From positions 1-64,000 of IMG/VR virus record IMGVR_UViG_3300020048_000096: 64,000 nucleotides of DNA. One strand, written 5' to 3'. Below are positions 47,415 to 60,300 of this stretch, in pieces. The DNA comes from an uncultured virus (IMG/VR IMGVR_UViG_3300020048_000096). Its lineage: Duplodnaviria; Heunggongvirae; Uroviricota; Caudoviricetes. Each line of letters starts with the position of its first letter. Position 1 is the first letter of the stretch. The position numbers and the translations under genes are program-made. The notes below the pieces were generated by a model that searched no databases, was not told the origin of the DNA, and saw only the letters and a list, made by a program, of their open reading frames with translations.

Positions 47415-50015
47415 ATGGCTACATATCTTCAAAACGGAGTAGACGAATTTCCTAAACAGGAATTACACACTCCTGATTTTTCTTTCCTTACTAAAGTATT
47501 AGGTACCCAGCAAGAACGCTACAAGAAAGGTTTCTCATTAGTGAGAAATATGTACAACTCTATGTTGAACGGTGCTGTGACAAGTACCGACAGCGAGCAA
47601 TACAAACAAGATGTGTTTAAGAAAATAAAAGGTCAGATGCAAGACATCTCAGGGCTTGACTTATCTCAGACTCAAAACGTAGCCACTGCCAACGGGGTAT
47701 TTGACCCTTTAACAAAAGACAAGGAACTTCTATACGACATGTATGCAACTAAGAAATTTTCTGAAAATGCAGCTATTGCAGACCGTTATAAAAACAGTAT
47801 GGATGCTGACACTCGCGCTAAGTACAATCCTGCTTCTGTAATGGATATGCAGTTTGCAAGAGAAGACTTGAGAAACGCCAAAAGAGGCGATGGTTCTATC
47901 TTCGGTGTAGCTCCGAGAGATTATGTGCCACAGGAAGACATTGATAAATTTTTAGACGAAAGAGCCGGAAAAGACGGTTTTAAAGTTGAGAGAGACGTCC
48001 AAAACGGAATGTACATTTTGAAAAGAACTAACGGCGAAGAAGCGGTTCCTATCTTCTCAGAATGGGCAAAGCGCGCAATGGGTAATAGATTTGACCCTCA
48101 ATTGCAAGTACAAGCGAGTGTTGCTGTAGAACAAAAGGTGAGAGGAGCTATGGCGCAAGGTATGACCAGAGAAGACGCTATCAAATCAATTATTCCGGAA
48201 TACACCGCAAGCACTACTAAATTATATGAGGCACAACACAGGGCTATCACGAAAGAGATTGGTAACACTAATTTGCGGATCAGACAATTTGAAAAAGCTT
48301 TTCCTAACGGAATCAAAGACCCTGAACAAAAAGCCAGATACGATTCATACGTAGCACAAAAGAAGGACCTGGAGCAGATGTCTGAAAATACGCTTGAGGA
48401 AGCTCAGGGAGTTCAGGCTACTGCCGAGGCTAATCCGCAAGCAATGCTGAACAACATGAAGACGATGATGTACACTTCTCACAAAAACAATATCGCAAAT
48501 TCTTGGGGTAGTTCTAAAGCAATGAGAGAACAAAAAACAGAGATTTCAGCTGACCAGGTTAAAATAGCTCAATGGCAGAACAACGAAAAAATATTAGCAG
48601 CCAGTACGGACTTTGAACGTAAGATACATTTAGAAGGATTAAAATCTCAGAACGCAGCAAAACTTGAAGTGCTAAAAAACCAGATTAAAAACGGACCAAC
48701 AGAACCTGTTTATGCAGGAGCTTTCACTCCAGAACCAGTAAACCCTTATGAGGTTGACAATACAAGACTTTCAGATAAACAAGAAGATATTTACAACAGC
48801 GGTTCTAAAATTTTATCGGAAATGTTAGGGGTAGGAGATAATGCGAAAGACAATGCAAGTGCTTACTCAGCAGTGAGGAGTATTGCAAATGGTGCGAAAT
48901 TGCACCAAAACGATATACAAAAGATTCAAACATTACTTACTAATCTAGGCGTTAAGAATTCAATTCCTACTACATCAGAACAAGCTAAAGTAGTGATGCA
49001 CAATATAGGCGTTAGAATTCATCAAAAATCAATTGCAGAAATTGCAGCCGATAAAACTGGAAAGAAGCATAAGAATTATCAGGCTACTGCAATGGAGAAC
49101 GGAAAATTATTAAGGTCTTTAAGTGAGTCTGAAGAACTTAGTTCTGAGATGCAATCTGGATACCGAAATGTATTTTTAGATGCAAGCGGAAATGTTAAGG
49201 ATGGTTATGAAGAGTATGTAAAAGTAATTGGGTACGAGCGTCCTGACGCGAAAGGAAACAGGAAGCCTACTATAGCTTTTACCGGAAAGCCAATCCCAGA
49301 AGCGCTCCAAAAACAGATGAATGGTGAAGCGTCAAGAGCATCTATAGATTCGGCGGCTTTATCAGGAAGTATGTTTCTGTTGAACATGAATGCTGGTGAA
49401 CTGGTGCAAGCTTTAAATACTAACTCAAGTAAATCAAACGATATCGAAGACAAGGCATTGAAAGAATTATTAAAAAGCAATCCTTCAACAGTTGCTGCAT
49501 TGTTCGGAAAAGGCGTACAGGCTAAGTTTAATCCCGCTACAAAAACAACAACTTTAACTTTTACGACAGACTTAACAAATCCTGACGTTACCAAATACAA
49601 AGCATCATCTGGAAGTAAAGGCGTAAAAACAAATACTTTCAGCGTAGAATTAGATAATAACGTATTGAAGAATCTTAGCCCTACATTTAACAAGCTTGTG
49701 ACAGAGGGTACTGTGAAATTTAAAGCACCTCTTTTACTTAAAGAGTTTGAGACACATCCCTACTGGTCGACGACGAATCTTAATTCTGCATGGAAAGCTT
49801 TAGGAATTTCAAGCGAGATAGGCGGGTATGACGATCCTATAGAGGGATATGGAATTAACACTACAATGTCCTTTGTTAGAAATGGAATAAAGGAGGATTG
49901 GCATAAATTCTATCCAATCAGAGAAGGCTCAAGAGCATCCGACCTTGCTGAAGCTGAAGCAGAATTACACACCTTAGCCGACGGTATCTCCGTAATGCAG
50001 AGAACGTCTTTGTAA
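47415..50015 (+). CDS. internal virion (ejection/cargo) protein
   Basis: 866 aa, helical, MATY...PDF start; position upstream of vRNAP. Confidence 0.65.
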   Translation: MATYLQNGVDEFPKQELHTPDFSFLTKVLGTQQERYKKGFSLVRNMYNSMLNGAVTSTDSEQYKQDVFKKIKGQMQDISGLDLSQTQNVATANGVFDPLTKDKELLYDMYATKKFSENAAIADRYKNSMDADTRAKYNPASVMDMQFAREDLRNAKRGDGSIFGVAPRDYVPQEDIDKFLDERAGKDGFKVERDVQNGMYILKRTNGEEAVPIFSEWAKRAMGNRFDPQLQVQASVAVEQKVRGAMAQGMTREDAIKSIIPEYTASTTKLYEAQHRAITKEIGNTNLRIRQFEKAFPNGIKDPEQKARYDSYVAQKKDLEQMSENTLEEAQGVQATAEANPQAMLNNMKTMMYTSHKNNIANSWGSSKAMREQKTEISADQVKIAQWQNNEKILAASTDFERKIHLEGLKSQNAAKLEVLKNQIKNGPTEPVYAGAFTPEPVNPYEVDNTRLSDKQEDIYNSGSKILSEMLGVGDNAKDNASAYSAVRSIANGAKLHQNDIQKIQTLLTNLGVKNSIPTTSEQAKVVMHNIGVRIHQKSIAEIAADKTGKKHKNYQATAMENGKLLRSLSESEELSSEMQSGYRNVFLDASGNVKDGYEEYVKVIGYERPDAKGNRKPTIAFTGKPIPEALQKQMNGEASRASIDSAALSGSMFLLNMNAGELVQALNTNSSKSNDIEDKALKELLKSNPSTVAALFGKGVQAKFNPATKTTTLTFTTDLTNPDVTKYKASSGSKGVKTNTFSVELDNNVLKNLSPTFNKLVTEGTVKFKAPLLLKEFETHPYWSTTNLNSAWKALGISSEIGGYDDPIEGYGINTTMSFVRNGIKEDWHKFYPIREGSRASDLAEAEAELHTLADGISVMQRTSL

Positions 50016-50039
50016 TACCAACCAACAACACCCCAGCAA

Positions 50040-53000
50040 ATGTTAACAGAAGACAATACTTTTCAAAATAACACCTTTAACGAAGCGTCACAAGCAATGG
50101 GTTTTTCATCGGAGGCGTCTGATCCACCACCAAAAAAGACGGCTTCAAATACTGATAATTCAGACTGGCGAGCAGGCGTTGATAAATTAGTACGCGACAA
50201 TACCTTGCAGAATACTAGCACAGTAAAGCAATATAGCAAAGACGTTGTAGAACCTTACTCCAGTCAGAAACATTTTCAGGCTGAAGGATTCAATCCTTTG
50301 GACATGCAAGGGAATAGGCAGCGTTATGAAGCGCATGATACTTGGGGCGAAGTGATGAATAAGTCATTGGACGATTTCGGTTATAAATTTACAAATTCAT
50401 TTGTGGAAGGATTTTATTCTACAGGTCGTGTTCTGAGAAGTCTTGCTACGATGGGACATTATGGTTTTAACAAAGACGAAGATGATTTACTGGCCCAATA
50501 TTACAAAGATCAGGAGAATGAATTACAAAATGCTATATTTCAAAGCGCTGAAGAAGAAGATAAGTTTTTTAATAAGCAATTCCTAAAAGACTTTGTTGGA
50601 AATTCCGGGTATTCTTTGGGTACTATTGCTTCAGTAATTACGGAAGCGGTATTGACGTGGGGCGTTGGATCAATGGCAAGTTTGGGGATGAAAGGAGTTG
50701 GCGCTATTGGTAAAATAGGTCAAACTACGATAAAGACAATTGAAGCTGAAAAAATAGCAGAAGCCGCAGCAAAAACAGCACAGGGCATTGCAGGAGCAGA
50801 AGGAGCCCTTAATACCATTGGAAAAGCAGAACAATTATCTAAACTAGGAACCAGTGGTAAAAAAGTAGGAGGCAGGTTACTAAAACATGTTACGGATTTA
50901 TTTTCGGGAACTTGGGCAGATGTTGCTAAAGCTGAAAGCATGTACAGAAAAATATACTTTGGTGCAGAAAACGTATTGCCCGTTGTGGGAACACTAATGC
51001 AGGGTACTCGTCAGCTTAATGCTGCAGCACGAGTTGGGGCAAGTGGTGCCCAATTGGGTAAGATAGGATTTAACACTTTTAGAAGAGGCATGATGGAAAT
51101 GACCTTGGCCACTTCTGAATCAGCGTTTGAATCAGCAAGCGCCTACGGAGAACAGTATGTAGGATTAAATAGAGAATTTAAAGAACTCCATGGCCGAAAT
51201 CCATCGCAAGAAGAAAATTCGAGAATTAGAGAAGCTGCGATGAATACGGGAGCCGCTACATTTGATATCAACATGGGGGTACTAATGACTATGAATAAAA
51301 TCCAGTTTGGAAACTTATTCAGCAAGGTAATACCTACAAACAAACTTGTGGGTGGAATGTTGAAAGCGCGCAGCTCCAGTGCAGTAGTTGATACTGTAGA
51401 AGACGGCGCTAAAAAGCAAATGTTTAAAAGAGGTTTTTTTGGAACTGTAGGAAATGCGGGCAAAATAGCGAAAGAGTTTGGTAAGAAAAAAGCAGCATGG
51501 GAAGTCACTAAAGCAACGGGCAGAGGATTTTCAAAATTTGAAATGACCGAAGGTGTTCAGGAATTACTTCAAGAAGGTTCTGCAGTGGGGGTTCGTAATT
51601 ATTACAAAAGCTTATACGACAGGAACCCTATTGGTTTTTCAGATGCGTTTGAAGATTCTGTAGATTCTCAGAACAACAGACAAGGATTTAAGACCTTTTT
51701 AATAGGCGCTTTTACAGGGCGACTTATAGCTCCTATCATTCACGTACAACAACACGCTGCTGAATATATTTCAGACAGGGCTACCGGGAATACAGAAGCC
51801 AGAGCCGCGCAAGAAAAGAGCTTTGACAAGGATATTGCTACGCTCAACCAACTCTTTAAAAATCCAAAATTGGCTTTCGATGAAAACATTGCCAATTTTA
51901 AAAAACAGATAAGTACATCAGAAAGATTGACTACTGCAGCATTTGATCCTGATGGTAAAGCGCATAGTCTAAATGTAATAAACGATTATGAATTTCATAA
52001 TGCTTCCGAAGACTCTTTAGTGGCTGCCGTACAAGCTGCTGTTAGAACCAATACGGTAGACGCCTTAGTAAGCACGATGAGAAAGGCGGGAGAATCTTTT
52101 GATACAGCTGCTTTTGCACAGGCCTTTAACATTGACATCACAGAAACTAAATACAATTCTGTATCAGAATTTACAGGCAAGATTGCAAAACAAATAGAGA
52201 ATTACGCCGAGACTTTTGAGAACCTTTCTCACAAATACGGTGCAACAATAGACCCAAATGTATTTAAAAAAGACAGCGCTGACTATACCCGTTCTTTATT
52301 TGTACAAAAGGCCTTGAATGAGGCTATCGACATTATTGCCATCAACTCTATCAAGGGAGGCATGCAGGCGGAACGTGCAAAGAAAGTATTAGCAGACATA
52401 TCGAGTATTCCGGAATTCGCTAATTCTGCAGAATTTGCTACGCGTGTATTATCTGACAAGTACACATTGCTTTCCGAAATAGGTTTGTTACAGGCTGAGA
52501 TACAGAATATGAAAGTAAGTTACAATGGCTTGCAGATATCTAAAGAAGAAGCGGAGTCTTTGAAAAACAAAGAAGTTGAGCTAGCTCTTTTGAGAGAATG
52601 GGATAAAATGTGGTTGGAGGAAAACACTGTAGCAGAACAAATGGCAGCAAATGAAAAATTAGAAGAAAGTCAAAGGAAGCCAATTGCCAAAGCGCGTATT
52701 GAATTCTTCGGTACTACTGATAAGGCTACATTTCTTAATGAAAATACCACTCCTGAACAGCGTGTTAAATTGTTAAACGAGGGATTAAAAAACGATAAGG
52801 TTAAGGGGTTGATGCAAAAAATCATCAACATTAAAAACAAACAAGCAGGTTCTAATGTGGAAGTCAGTAATATGACCATGACGGAATCTATGGACAAGTT
52901 GGTAGATTATATTCGATTGAACCAAAACACAAGAAGCTATTTAAAAGCTGTGGATTTATTGACTGACAGAGAAAACTTTAAAAACGCAGCGTTGCGATTA

Positions 53001-54335
53001 AGTGATGGGATGTTTAAAGCAAACGTAGGTGCAACACTTCAATATTTAGAACAAGGGCTTGTCGCAAGAATTTCACTGGCTAACATAGAGAAAAAATACA
53101 ATGTAGACCTTAAAGGAAACGATTTTGAAATACTTAGAAAATTACACGAGATTGAAGCCGAGCATCCCGGTATAAACAGAGAGGTTAAAAAAGAAAATGA
53201 TGCAGTCTTGCAATTTATGTTAGGTCTTGATTCTCACAAGCAATTACAAGCTTTATATTTATCTGAATCGTCAGGAGCAGAAGCGTATGTTCATCTTGAG
53301 AATTTATATAAGCGTGCCATCTATGCTACGAAAATTGAGTACGGCCACATGGATGCTAAAGACACGGAGAACTTCGAGAAGGAAGGATTTAAGATGGATG
53401 AGTTTACTACTAAAAAACCAGTACCTGTAAATCAGGACGATGAAAAAGAAGTGGTTGAAGAAGAAGAAACTCAGGTTGTGAAAGAAGAAAGTGAAATATC
53501 AGAAGACAACTTGCCTGCTTTGAATCAAAACGATACTATCATTGAGGAGGAAATTATTGAAGATGAAGAAGCTGTGGAAACTGTTGAAGAAACCTCTGAA
53601 GAAATTATTGAATCTATAGATGATACTCCAGCATTCGAAACAGAATGGGAAATTCCAAAAGTAACAATTGAGGATAACGAAGATGGAAAAACTTCGAAAG
53701 TACTCAGCCCGGATGGTGAAGTTATATCGGATACTCTTACTTCTGAGAAAGCTCTTGCGTCAGCAACGGAACAAAACAATATTTTATTATTACAGGAAGT
53801 TGCTGAGAATAAGTTTGGTAAGTTCTTAACAATAGATATGCTTGGGTCATTTACGGAAAAAGTACTTGGAGCATTTAAAGTTTCTAATGCAGGTCGTAAG
53901 AAAAGAAACAAGAATGCTGTATTAATTACCCTAGAAGAATATCTTCTAACTGGAGGAGGCCTGAAAATTGTGGCTAAAACAGTTACTGACATGAAATCCG
54001 AACAGTCGGAAATACAAGAAGCGGAATTTTCTGAGGAAGAATTAGGAGATGTTACTCTTTCTGGAGAGCTTATTAACGACGCCGACAGGTTTGGAAAGGT
54101 AGGGAATTCCATCACCGAAGGCTTTGACGCTATTAAAGCTGAGGCACTTGCAAAAAAACTTGACAAGTTATTTAACCCAAAAGAAGTTATACAAAATGAC
54201 GACAAAGTTCTACAAAATCAAAAAGAAAACACTAACTTTGTAGTGAAAGATACTTCTGATTTAATGGACGCTAATTCAAAAACCGAAATTATATCCTTAC
54301 TAGAAGCTGCATCTCTTTGTACAAAAACTAAATAA
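50040..54335 (+). CDS. large internal virion (ejection) protein
   Basis: 1431 aa; Gly/Ala-rich hydrophobic segments, EG.QE..QE motif, acidic linker. Confidence 0.65.
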   Translation: MLTEDNTFQNNTFNEASQAMGFSSEASDPPPKKTASNTDNSDWRAGVDKLVRDNTLQNTSTVKQYSKDVVEPYSSQKHFQAEGFNPLDMQGNRQRYEAHDTWGEVMNKSLDDFGYKFTNSFVEGFYSTGRVLRSLATMGHYGFNKDEDDLLAQYYKDQENELQNAIFQSAEEEDKFFNKQFLKDFVGNSGYSLGTIASVITEAVLTWGVGSMASLGMKGVGAIGKIGQTTIKTIEAEKIAEAAAKTAQGIAGAEGALNTIGKAEQLSKLGTSGKKVGGRLLKHVTDLFSGTWADVAKAESMYRKIYFGAENVLPVVGTLMQGTRQLNAAARVGASGAQLGKIGFNTFRRGMMEMTLATSESAFESASAYGEQYVGLNREFKELHGRNPSQEENSRIREAAMNTGAATFDINMGVLMTMNKIQFGNLFSKVIPTNKLVGGMLKARSSSAVVDTVEDGAKKQMFKRGFFGTVGNAGKIAKEFGKKKAAWEVTKATGRGFSKFEMTEGVQELLQEGSAVGVRNYYKSLYDRNPIGFSDAFEDSVDSQNNRQGFKTFLIGAFTGRLIAPIIHVQQHAAEYISDRATGNTEARAAQEKSFDKDIATLNQLFKNPKLAFDENIANFKKQISTSERLTTAAFDPDGKAHSLNVINDYEFHNASEDSLVAAVQAAVRTNTVDALVSTMRKAGESFDTAAFAQAFNIDITETKYNSVSEFTGKIAKQIENYAETFENLSHKYGATIDPNVFKKDSADYTRSLFVQKALNEAIDIIAINSIKGGMQAERAKKVLADISSIPEFANSAEFATRVLSDKYTLLSEIGLLQAEIQNMKVSYNGLQISKEEAESLKNKEVELALLREWDKMWLEENTVAEQMAANEKLEESQRKPIAKARIEFFGTTDKATFLNENTTPEQRVKLLNEGLKNDKVKGLMQKIINIKNKQAGSNVEVSNMTMTESMDKLVDYIRLNQNTRSYLKAVDLLTDRENFKNAALRLSDGMFKANVGATLQYLEQGLVARISLANIEKKYNVDLKGNDFEILRKLHEIEAEHPGINREVKKENDAVLQFMLGLDSHKQLQALYLSESSGAEAYVHLENLYKRAIYATKIEYGHMDAKDTENFEKEGFKMDEFTTKKPVPVNQDDEKEVVEEEETQVVKEESEISEDNLPALNQNDTIIEEEIIEDEEAVETVEETSEEIIESIDDTPAFETEWEIPKVTIEDNEDGKTSKVLSPDGEVISDTLTSEKALASATEQNNILLLQEVAENKFGKFLTIDMLGSFTEKVLGAFKVSNAGRKKRNKNAVLITLEEYLLTGGGLKIVAKTVTDMKSEQSEIQEAEFSEEELGDVTLSGELINDADRFGKVGNSITEGFDAIKAEALAKKLDKLFNPKEVIQNDDKVLQNQKENTNFVVKDTSDLMDANSKTEIISLLEAASLCTKTK
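54184..54240 (+). promoter_or_regulatory. internal promoter for the vRNAP gene with tandem boxes
   Basis: AAGTTATACA at 54184, AAGTTCTACA at 54205, TAACTTTG at 54233-54240. Confidence 0.55.
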
Positions 54336-54355
54336 GTGTAATTAATCCGGTAATT

Positions 54356-57300
54356 ATGTCACAATGCATATCCTCGCCAGAGTCTTTTGAACCTCTGGTA
54401 ACCAAGTTGTTAATAGTAAATGCTGAAAGATTCTCAAATTATGACAACACAGTAACTTTCATAAGTTCATTAAAAGAATCTACAAGCTTTCAGAAAGCAA
54501 ATGCCATCTATCACATGGCTACCTTATACCAATCGTTAGCAGGGCTACGTCCTGCTAATTTCGATAAGGGTAAAGCTGAAACAATCAATAGCTTTACTGA
54601 GCTATTCAACGAGGACTATGCTGCTTTTTTAGATAAGGTAACTTCTTTATACGACGTAGAGAATTCGTCTCTTACTTTACAAGATGTAATCAATAGTATA
54701 GATGCTCTTGAAGAAAAGAAACCTAGCGCAATAAACAAGGTTCTTATTGAAAAAATTCTTACTGAAATCAAAGGAGTTATTTCTCAGAGAGACTATACTG
54801 CAGAACCAGAAAAAAGAACAAAAGACATCAACGATTTACACCAGAGATTGAAGACTCAGGTCATCTCTCAACTAAGCACTGTTAAGGGCGGCAGTGTTAT
54901 TGGTGATACTTTGAAAGAGCACATAGAGGCTCACGAAAAAGCGATGATGGGCGCTAGCCAGTTCGTTTCATTAAGTGAAGTTGAATCGTTGGATAATATG
55001 CTTGTTACAATCATCAATGAAAAAGACAACTTTCAGGTTTTGGAGGCTACAAAAGTAGGGGAAGACCTTGTAAGTATTGAAACTGGGGAAGTAATTCCTT
55101 TTGATATAATTCGTAGTGAGAAAAAAGCAAGGATTGACAACGAAGGTATTCCTGAAGCTAACCAAGGTGAGAACATTTTTTTTGAGTCTCAAATAGCATC
55201 TGGAATTCAAATAAGAGAAATACACCGTCAGGGAGAAAGTAAAGGCGACAAGCCTGGGCAAAAAGCGCTGGCTTCTTTAAGCCCTTCTGAAATAAACAAC
55301 GGATATAGAATATTAGCGATTAAAGAGGGTACCGTCGGTTCTGCCAGAGTGGGTCGTATTAAAGATATGGCCAGAACGCTGCCTACCTTAAATAATACCA
55401 CACTCGAAACATTTCCAACAAAGACTCAAGAAAGATTATTATCAAGAACAGCAAAGCACACTGAAGTACTAACTGTAAGCAGACCTTCTGACATCAGTGG
55501 TTTCACTTTAATAGGAGAAGTACTCGCCACGGGTCAGCAGTTTTATATATTTGGCCCAAACAACTACACCTTTCTTGACAATAAAAATAACACAACGCCG
55601 GTTGACTTTACAAATCCTGTTCATTTGGATCGCGTGCAGAAGACATCTAAGAAGCAATTTAGAAGAGGAACTGCCATCGAGGAATTGACACTACGAGATT
55701 TACAAAAACTTAAAGAGTCTTTTGAACGATTTAAAGGATTGTCCGAACAAGTAAAAGAAAGATTGGCCGATAGTGATTCTGGAGTGGATGTAACAGACTT
55801 GTTTAAAAATAGTTACGGAATTTCACATGCCATCACTGGAAACTTTGAAACGAAAGAACTGATTTCCTATCTCGAAGAGGACGGGGAAATGGTGCAAAGT
55901 TATAAAATTATAGATATTGACACGGGAACCATTGACACACGAAAAGTCCCATTAATTCTTCAAGGGTCTTCTGGTGCATTGTTGGGTTCTGAAATGAAAG
56001 ACAGAAACATGCTATATTCAGAGGTAGCTCCTCTTGTTATCCAGAAAGATTTTCTTGCGCCTAATGAACGTATTCTTATAGGCGACAAACAGTACGACCT
56101 TACTTCTTACTTGAATTATTTAGATACGGTGTCAAACCTACGAAAGTGGACTGCAGAAAGGAAAAATTTGACGGCTACATATCTTATTACGATGAAGCCT
56201 GACGGAACGATTAACCATTTGAGTTTGAATAAAAAAACAAATAGTTACGAAGGTTCTTCGATGATTACCGAAATAAACACGGTACTTGACACCATAGCTA
56301 AGTTGAATAATGGAGTCATTACAAAAGAAGATGCTATTCTAGTATTTGAAAAACTAAGTCAAAAAGAACTTCCTTTTGTAGGGGTTAAGAAAAAATACTA
56401 CGCCAATCAAAATTTTGCTTACAACGACGCAAAAGGAAAGTATGAGTATGCTTTTGAGATAATATTGAAGAACGATGCTAGAGGACGAAACCTGCAAGGA
56501 AAAGATTCTCATAAGTTTTTCATTTCGTCTGCGAAACTGGAAGCTGTGAGAGATATTATTACGAAAAGTGAAGAAGCCAAAATTCTAAGAGGGACTTTCT
56601 CTACGCTAAACGTAGACTTGACTAAAGCGGATAGCGCCACCGTTGAAAAATTCATGAGTGATGCAGCAATTTTAAAAGCATCAAATCCTACAAATCTTAC
56701 ATTAAAAGTATTCATGGATTCTGTGACAGTAAGGGCTCAGGAAGCATTCGCTGATTTATTTCTTACCGGAGATTTAAAGTCTGGCGTTATAGCAGAATTC
56801 ATGAATAAAATGAAAAACACAAATACCGAGGCTTATGATGGTTTTATGGAAGCCACTGCTGGTAAAAATACGATAACAGGAGTGGAGTCACCAGGAGGTC
56901 AGGCCCACTTGTTGGCCTATGAGGTTGTGAAAAGAGGAAGCGAAGTAAGAAGGGTACACAAGGTTATTAATAATCAAAACAGTGAAAACAATGTTGGCAA
57001 TTACAAGGTAAGGGACACGATTCCTTCGCGTGAAAAAATTCATATAACCCTACCCGTTTTAAGAGACGAGATTTTTAACAAGCCACTTAGTGCAGAAGTT
57101 ATAAAATCCGCACAAGTAAAAGAAACTGCAGTAGCTGAAGTATTACAAGAAGTTGAAAAGCCGGAAACTTCCTCAAGAAACATAGGATTAATTAAGAAAA
57201 AAAACTCAAATAGAGAGGTATTTTCTATTGAAGAATCTTCTGAGAACGTAGAGCTTGGTACTGAAAAGCAACTAAACGATTCAATTAAATGGGTACGGGA

Positions 57301-60300
57301 TAAGGTTCCTCAGTTTAAAATATCAGAACAAGACCTTTCTCAATTGTTAAACGAAATAGGGGTGGACGGTGTTTTGCTTGGGATGTTCATGGATAAAATG
57401 ATATACCTAAACAAGTCGATAAACTCTAAAGGTGTTGTGTATCACGAAGCTTTTCACGGAGTATTCAGGCATTTGCTAAATGCAAAACAGCGTGCAGTAC
57501 TTATCGGTCGTGTTAAAAAAGACAAACGTTACAGCTCGCGTTTTACAAGCGCTGAAGTAAATAATTTCGCTAAGAGAAGAAACCTTGTCGAAACAAATGA
57601 GCGTTTGCAGGAACTGATAGCAGAAGAAATACTTGCTGAAGGATTTCAAAAGTTCATGAATGACGGTGTTAAGCCTTCTCAGAGCTGGTTCAAACGTTTT
57701 GTGGAGATGCTTAAAAATCTACTAAAAGGTATTTTGAAAAACCAGGATGAAATCACGCAGTTGTACAGTAATATTTCAAAAGGTTATTACAAGAATGCTC
57801 AAGTGGTTTCCGAAACAAATCCTGGAGAAAAAGCCTTTGAGTTATTAAATACCAGACTTCGTATGGTAGTGGACGAGAAAGGAGAAATAGAACCAGTCAA
57901 CGGAACCATAGACCCTTCTGACCAAAGGCAGATGACCTACTTTTTGACAGAGCGTATATTGAATGCCAACAAGTATGAAATGGTAGGAGATGAGCGAAAG
58001 TCAATTCCATTGCGTACACTATTTGACAAAGCCCGTAAGGAAATTGCAACAACTATCTACAACGTAGATACGATGATTGCTAACAATCCCGGAAAAGAAG
58101 TTATTATTAAAGATAGGTTCGAAATAGGACATGGAGACATTTCAGCATTGCTGATGTACGGATTTCCAGACACGATGATTAAAGGGTTGGATTTCGCGTC
58201 TACAGGAAGGACTGAAGCCGACCTTTATTATGAAGAAGATGAATTGATGGCCGAATCTTTAGAGGTGCTCTATGAGCAGGTGAAGACGTTATTGCGTCAC
58301 GTTATTCCAAGTGAGATTTCAAAAGCGGAAAACGACACCGAAGATACCATGATCAATGAGGACATTACGGAAGAGCTTGGAACTGTTGAAGGTAAAAAGT
58401 CTTCTGACAACGACCAGTTCTTCAACATTAATAACATAGACGGGATGTCAAACGAGATGCGTCGTTTCTTGTCACTGACAGCTTTTGAGTATCATGATGA
58501 AATGCACGACATCAAGTACACCAAGATGGTGGACGGATCTACAATTTTCAATACCTTAATGAAGATAACTTCCGACAATCACTTTATGGATATTATTCCG
58601 ATGATTGGATTGTCTGTAGAAAATCGTAAGTATGACGGTTATATCAATGAGGCCAATGAGTTAGAGGCTGTCTATAAAAAGATAAATGAGCAGGTATATA
58701 TTCCTGTAATGGCCGGGACAGCAAACACTGACCAGATATTATTATTCAACCAGATTACTGATGTTTTTCACAACATGGAATTGGATGTTGTAAAAACAGT
58801 ACAGAATAAAAAGATAGGAGATAACAGCGTTGGAATCTACGGAAAGTCTGAAGAGATATTAACAAAGAAAGATGTTGATAACAGCCTTCAAACATTGTTG
58901 GACAATTTAAGGTCTACTTATAAAACAAAGAAAGACGTTGTAGAAATTCAACAAGAGGACGACAAAGAGGTAAGTGTAAATCCTTACCTTGACAATATTG
59001 CAAACATGAATAATCCTTTGAGTCGTATCGCTGATTCTAAGGAAGGCGTAAGTATTTTAGGGACAGACATATACGAACAAGAAGCTGCCTTAAACAGATT
59101 GGTAGACAACCTACAAGAAAAGTTCAAAAAATTAGGTTTGATAATACCTAAGTCATTATTGCGATTTTCAATTATAGCCATCGACGTTCAGGAAAACAAA
59201 CTGGAATTGGTTTCTGATACTGCCGTATACGACTTGTATCAAGCGTCTTCTCAATTTGCAAGAAATAAACAATTCTTAGAGAAGGACTTCTTTGTAGAAC
59301 TTAAAGGATTGATATCACGTATATCAAGTGGGCAATCAATGTCGGCATCAGGACAGGTGAGTATTTTTGATATGAACAGCCAGGCCAACAATAAGATGTT
59401 TGCTATTCTGAGAAGTGCCCTTGTGTATGTAGTGAAGTTTGACCCAAGTAATCCAGGTTCTGTTGTAGAAACTCCAGAAGGAAAACCAGTGTACCGATAC
59501 GTAAAATATACCCCTGCCGCTTTAATGTTGCAGGATGTAGAGCGATTAGGTTTAAAAAAGGCATTGGAACTATCTGTGTTACACGATGACTACTTATCTG
59601 ATTTTTTCAATGATAATCCAATGTTAAAAGATGCAATGGCAGAAGCCGTTGTAGTTGAAGATGAAGCGAAGATGAAGGAGATTCTGACAATGATGACCTA
59701 CATGGACAACATGAAGTTTCAGATCTATTCCGGAATGGAATACAAAGAAGACGGTGTTACCGACTCTGCAACAAACTTTGGAAAATTAGGACTATCTGAA
59801 ATAGTGGATGCTCAGATTACAATGTTCTTAGACCGTAGAAACAATACAAAAGAAATTAAACTTATTGAAGGAACCGGCGCAAACCAAAAAGTTGTTAGAA
59901 AACAAGGAGGTGTAGTTACATTTCCACGATTCTTAACGCAAAACGAAGCCTCTCAAACGATGATGATGGTATCGGCGAGATACTTCAACTTCTATGCTAA
60001 TTCAGATGACAACAGGCACTCTCCTTCGGATGTAATGATGAGTTCTGTAATACAAGAATACAACAGAATATCAAGAGAGTGGAGCAATTTCGACAGAAGG
60101 GTTGAAGAGAGAAAGGCGGGTCATAATAGGATGATGTTAAATTACAATGCCACCCGTGAAAAAGACTCAAGAAACTTAGAAACTAACAAAGAAAACATCA
60201 AAGAACTAAGAGCTTATCAATTCAACACGTTAAGCGACATGTTTAGAACTGGAAAAAAGGCCAATAGTAAAACAAGCAAAGAGGACAGGATAATGATACA

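Noticed and set aside
59293..59302. Reverse AAGTTCTACA copy inside the vRNAP gene
   Set aside because: Single copy with no adjacent promoter element or gene start; may be chance.
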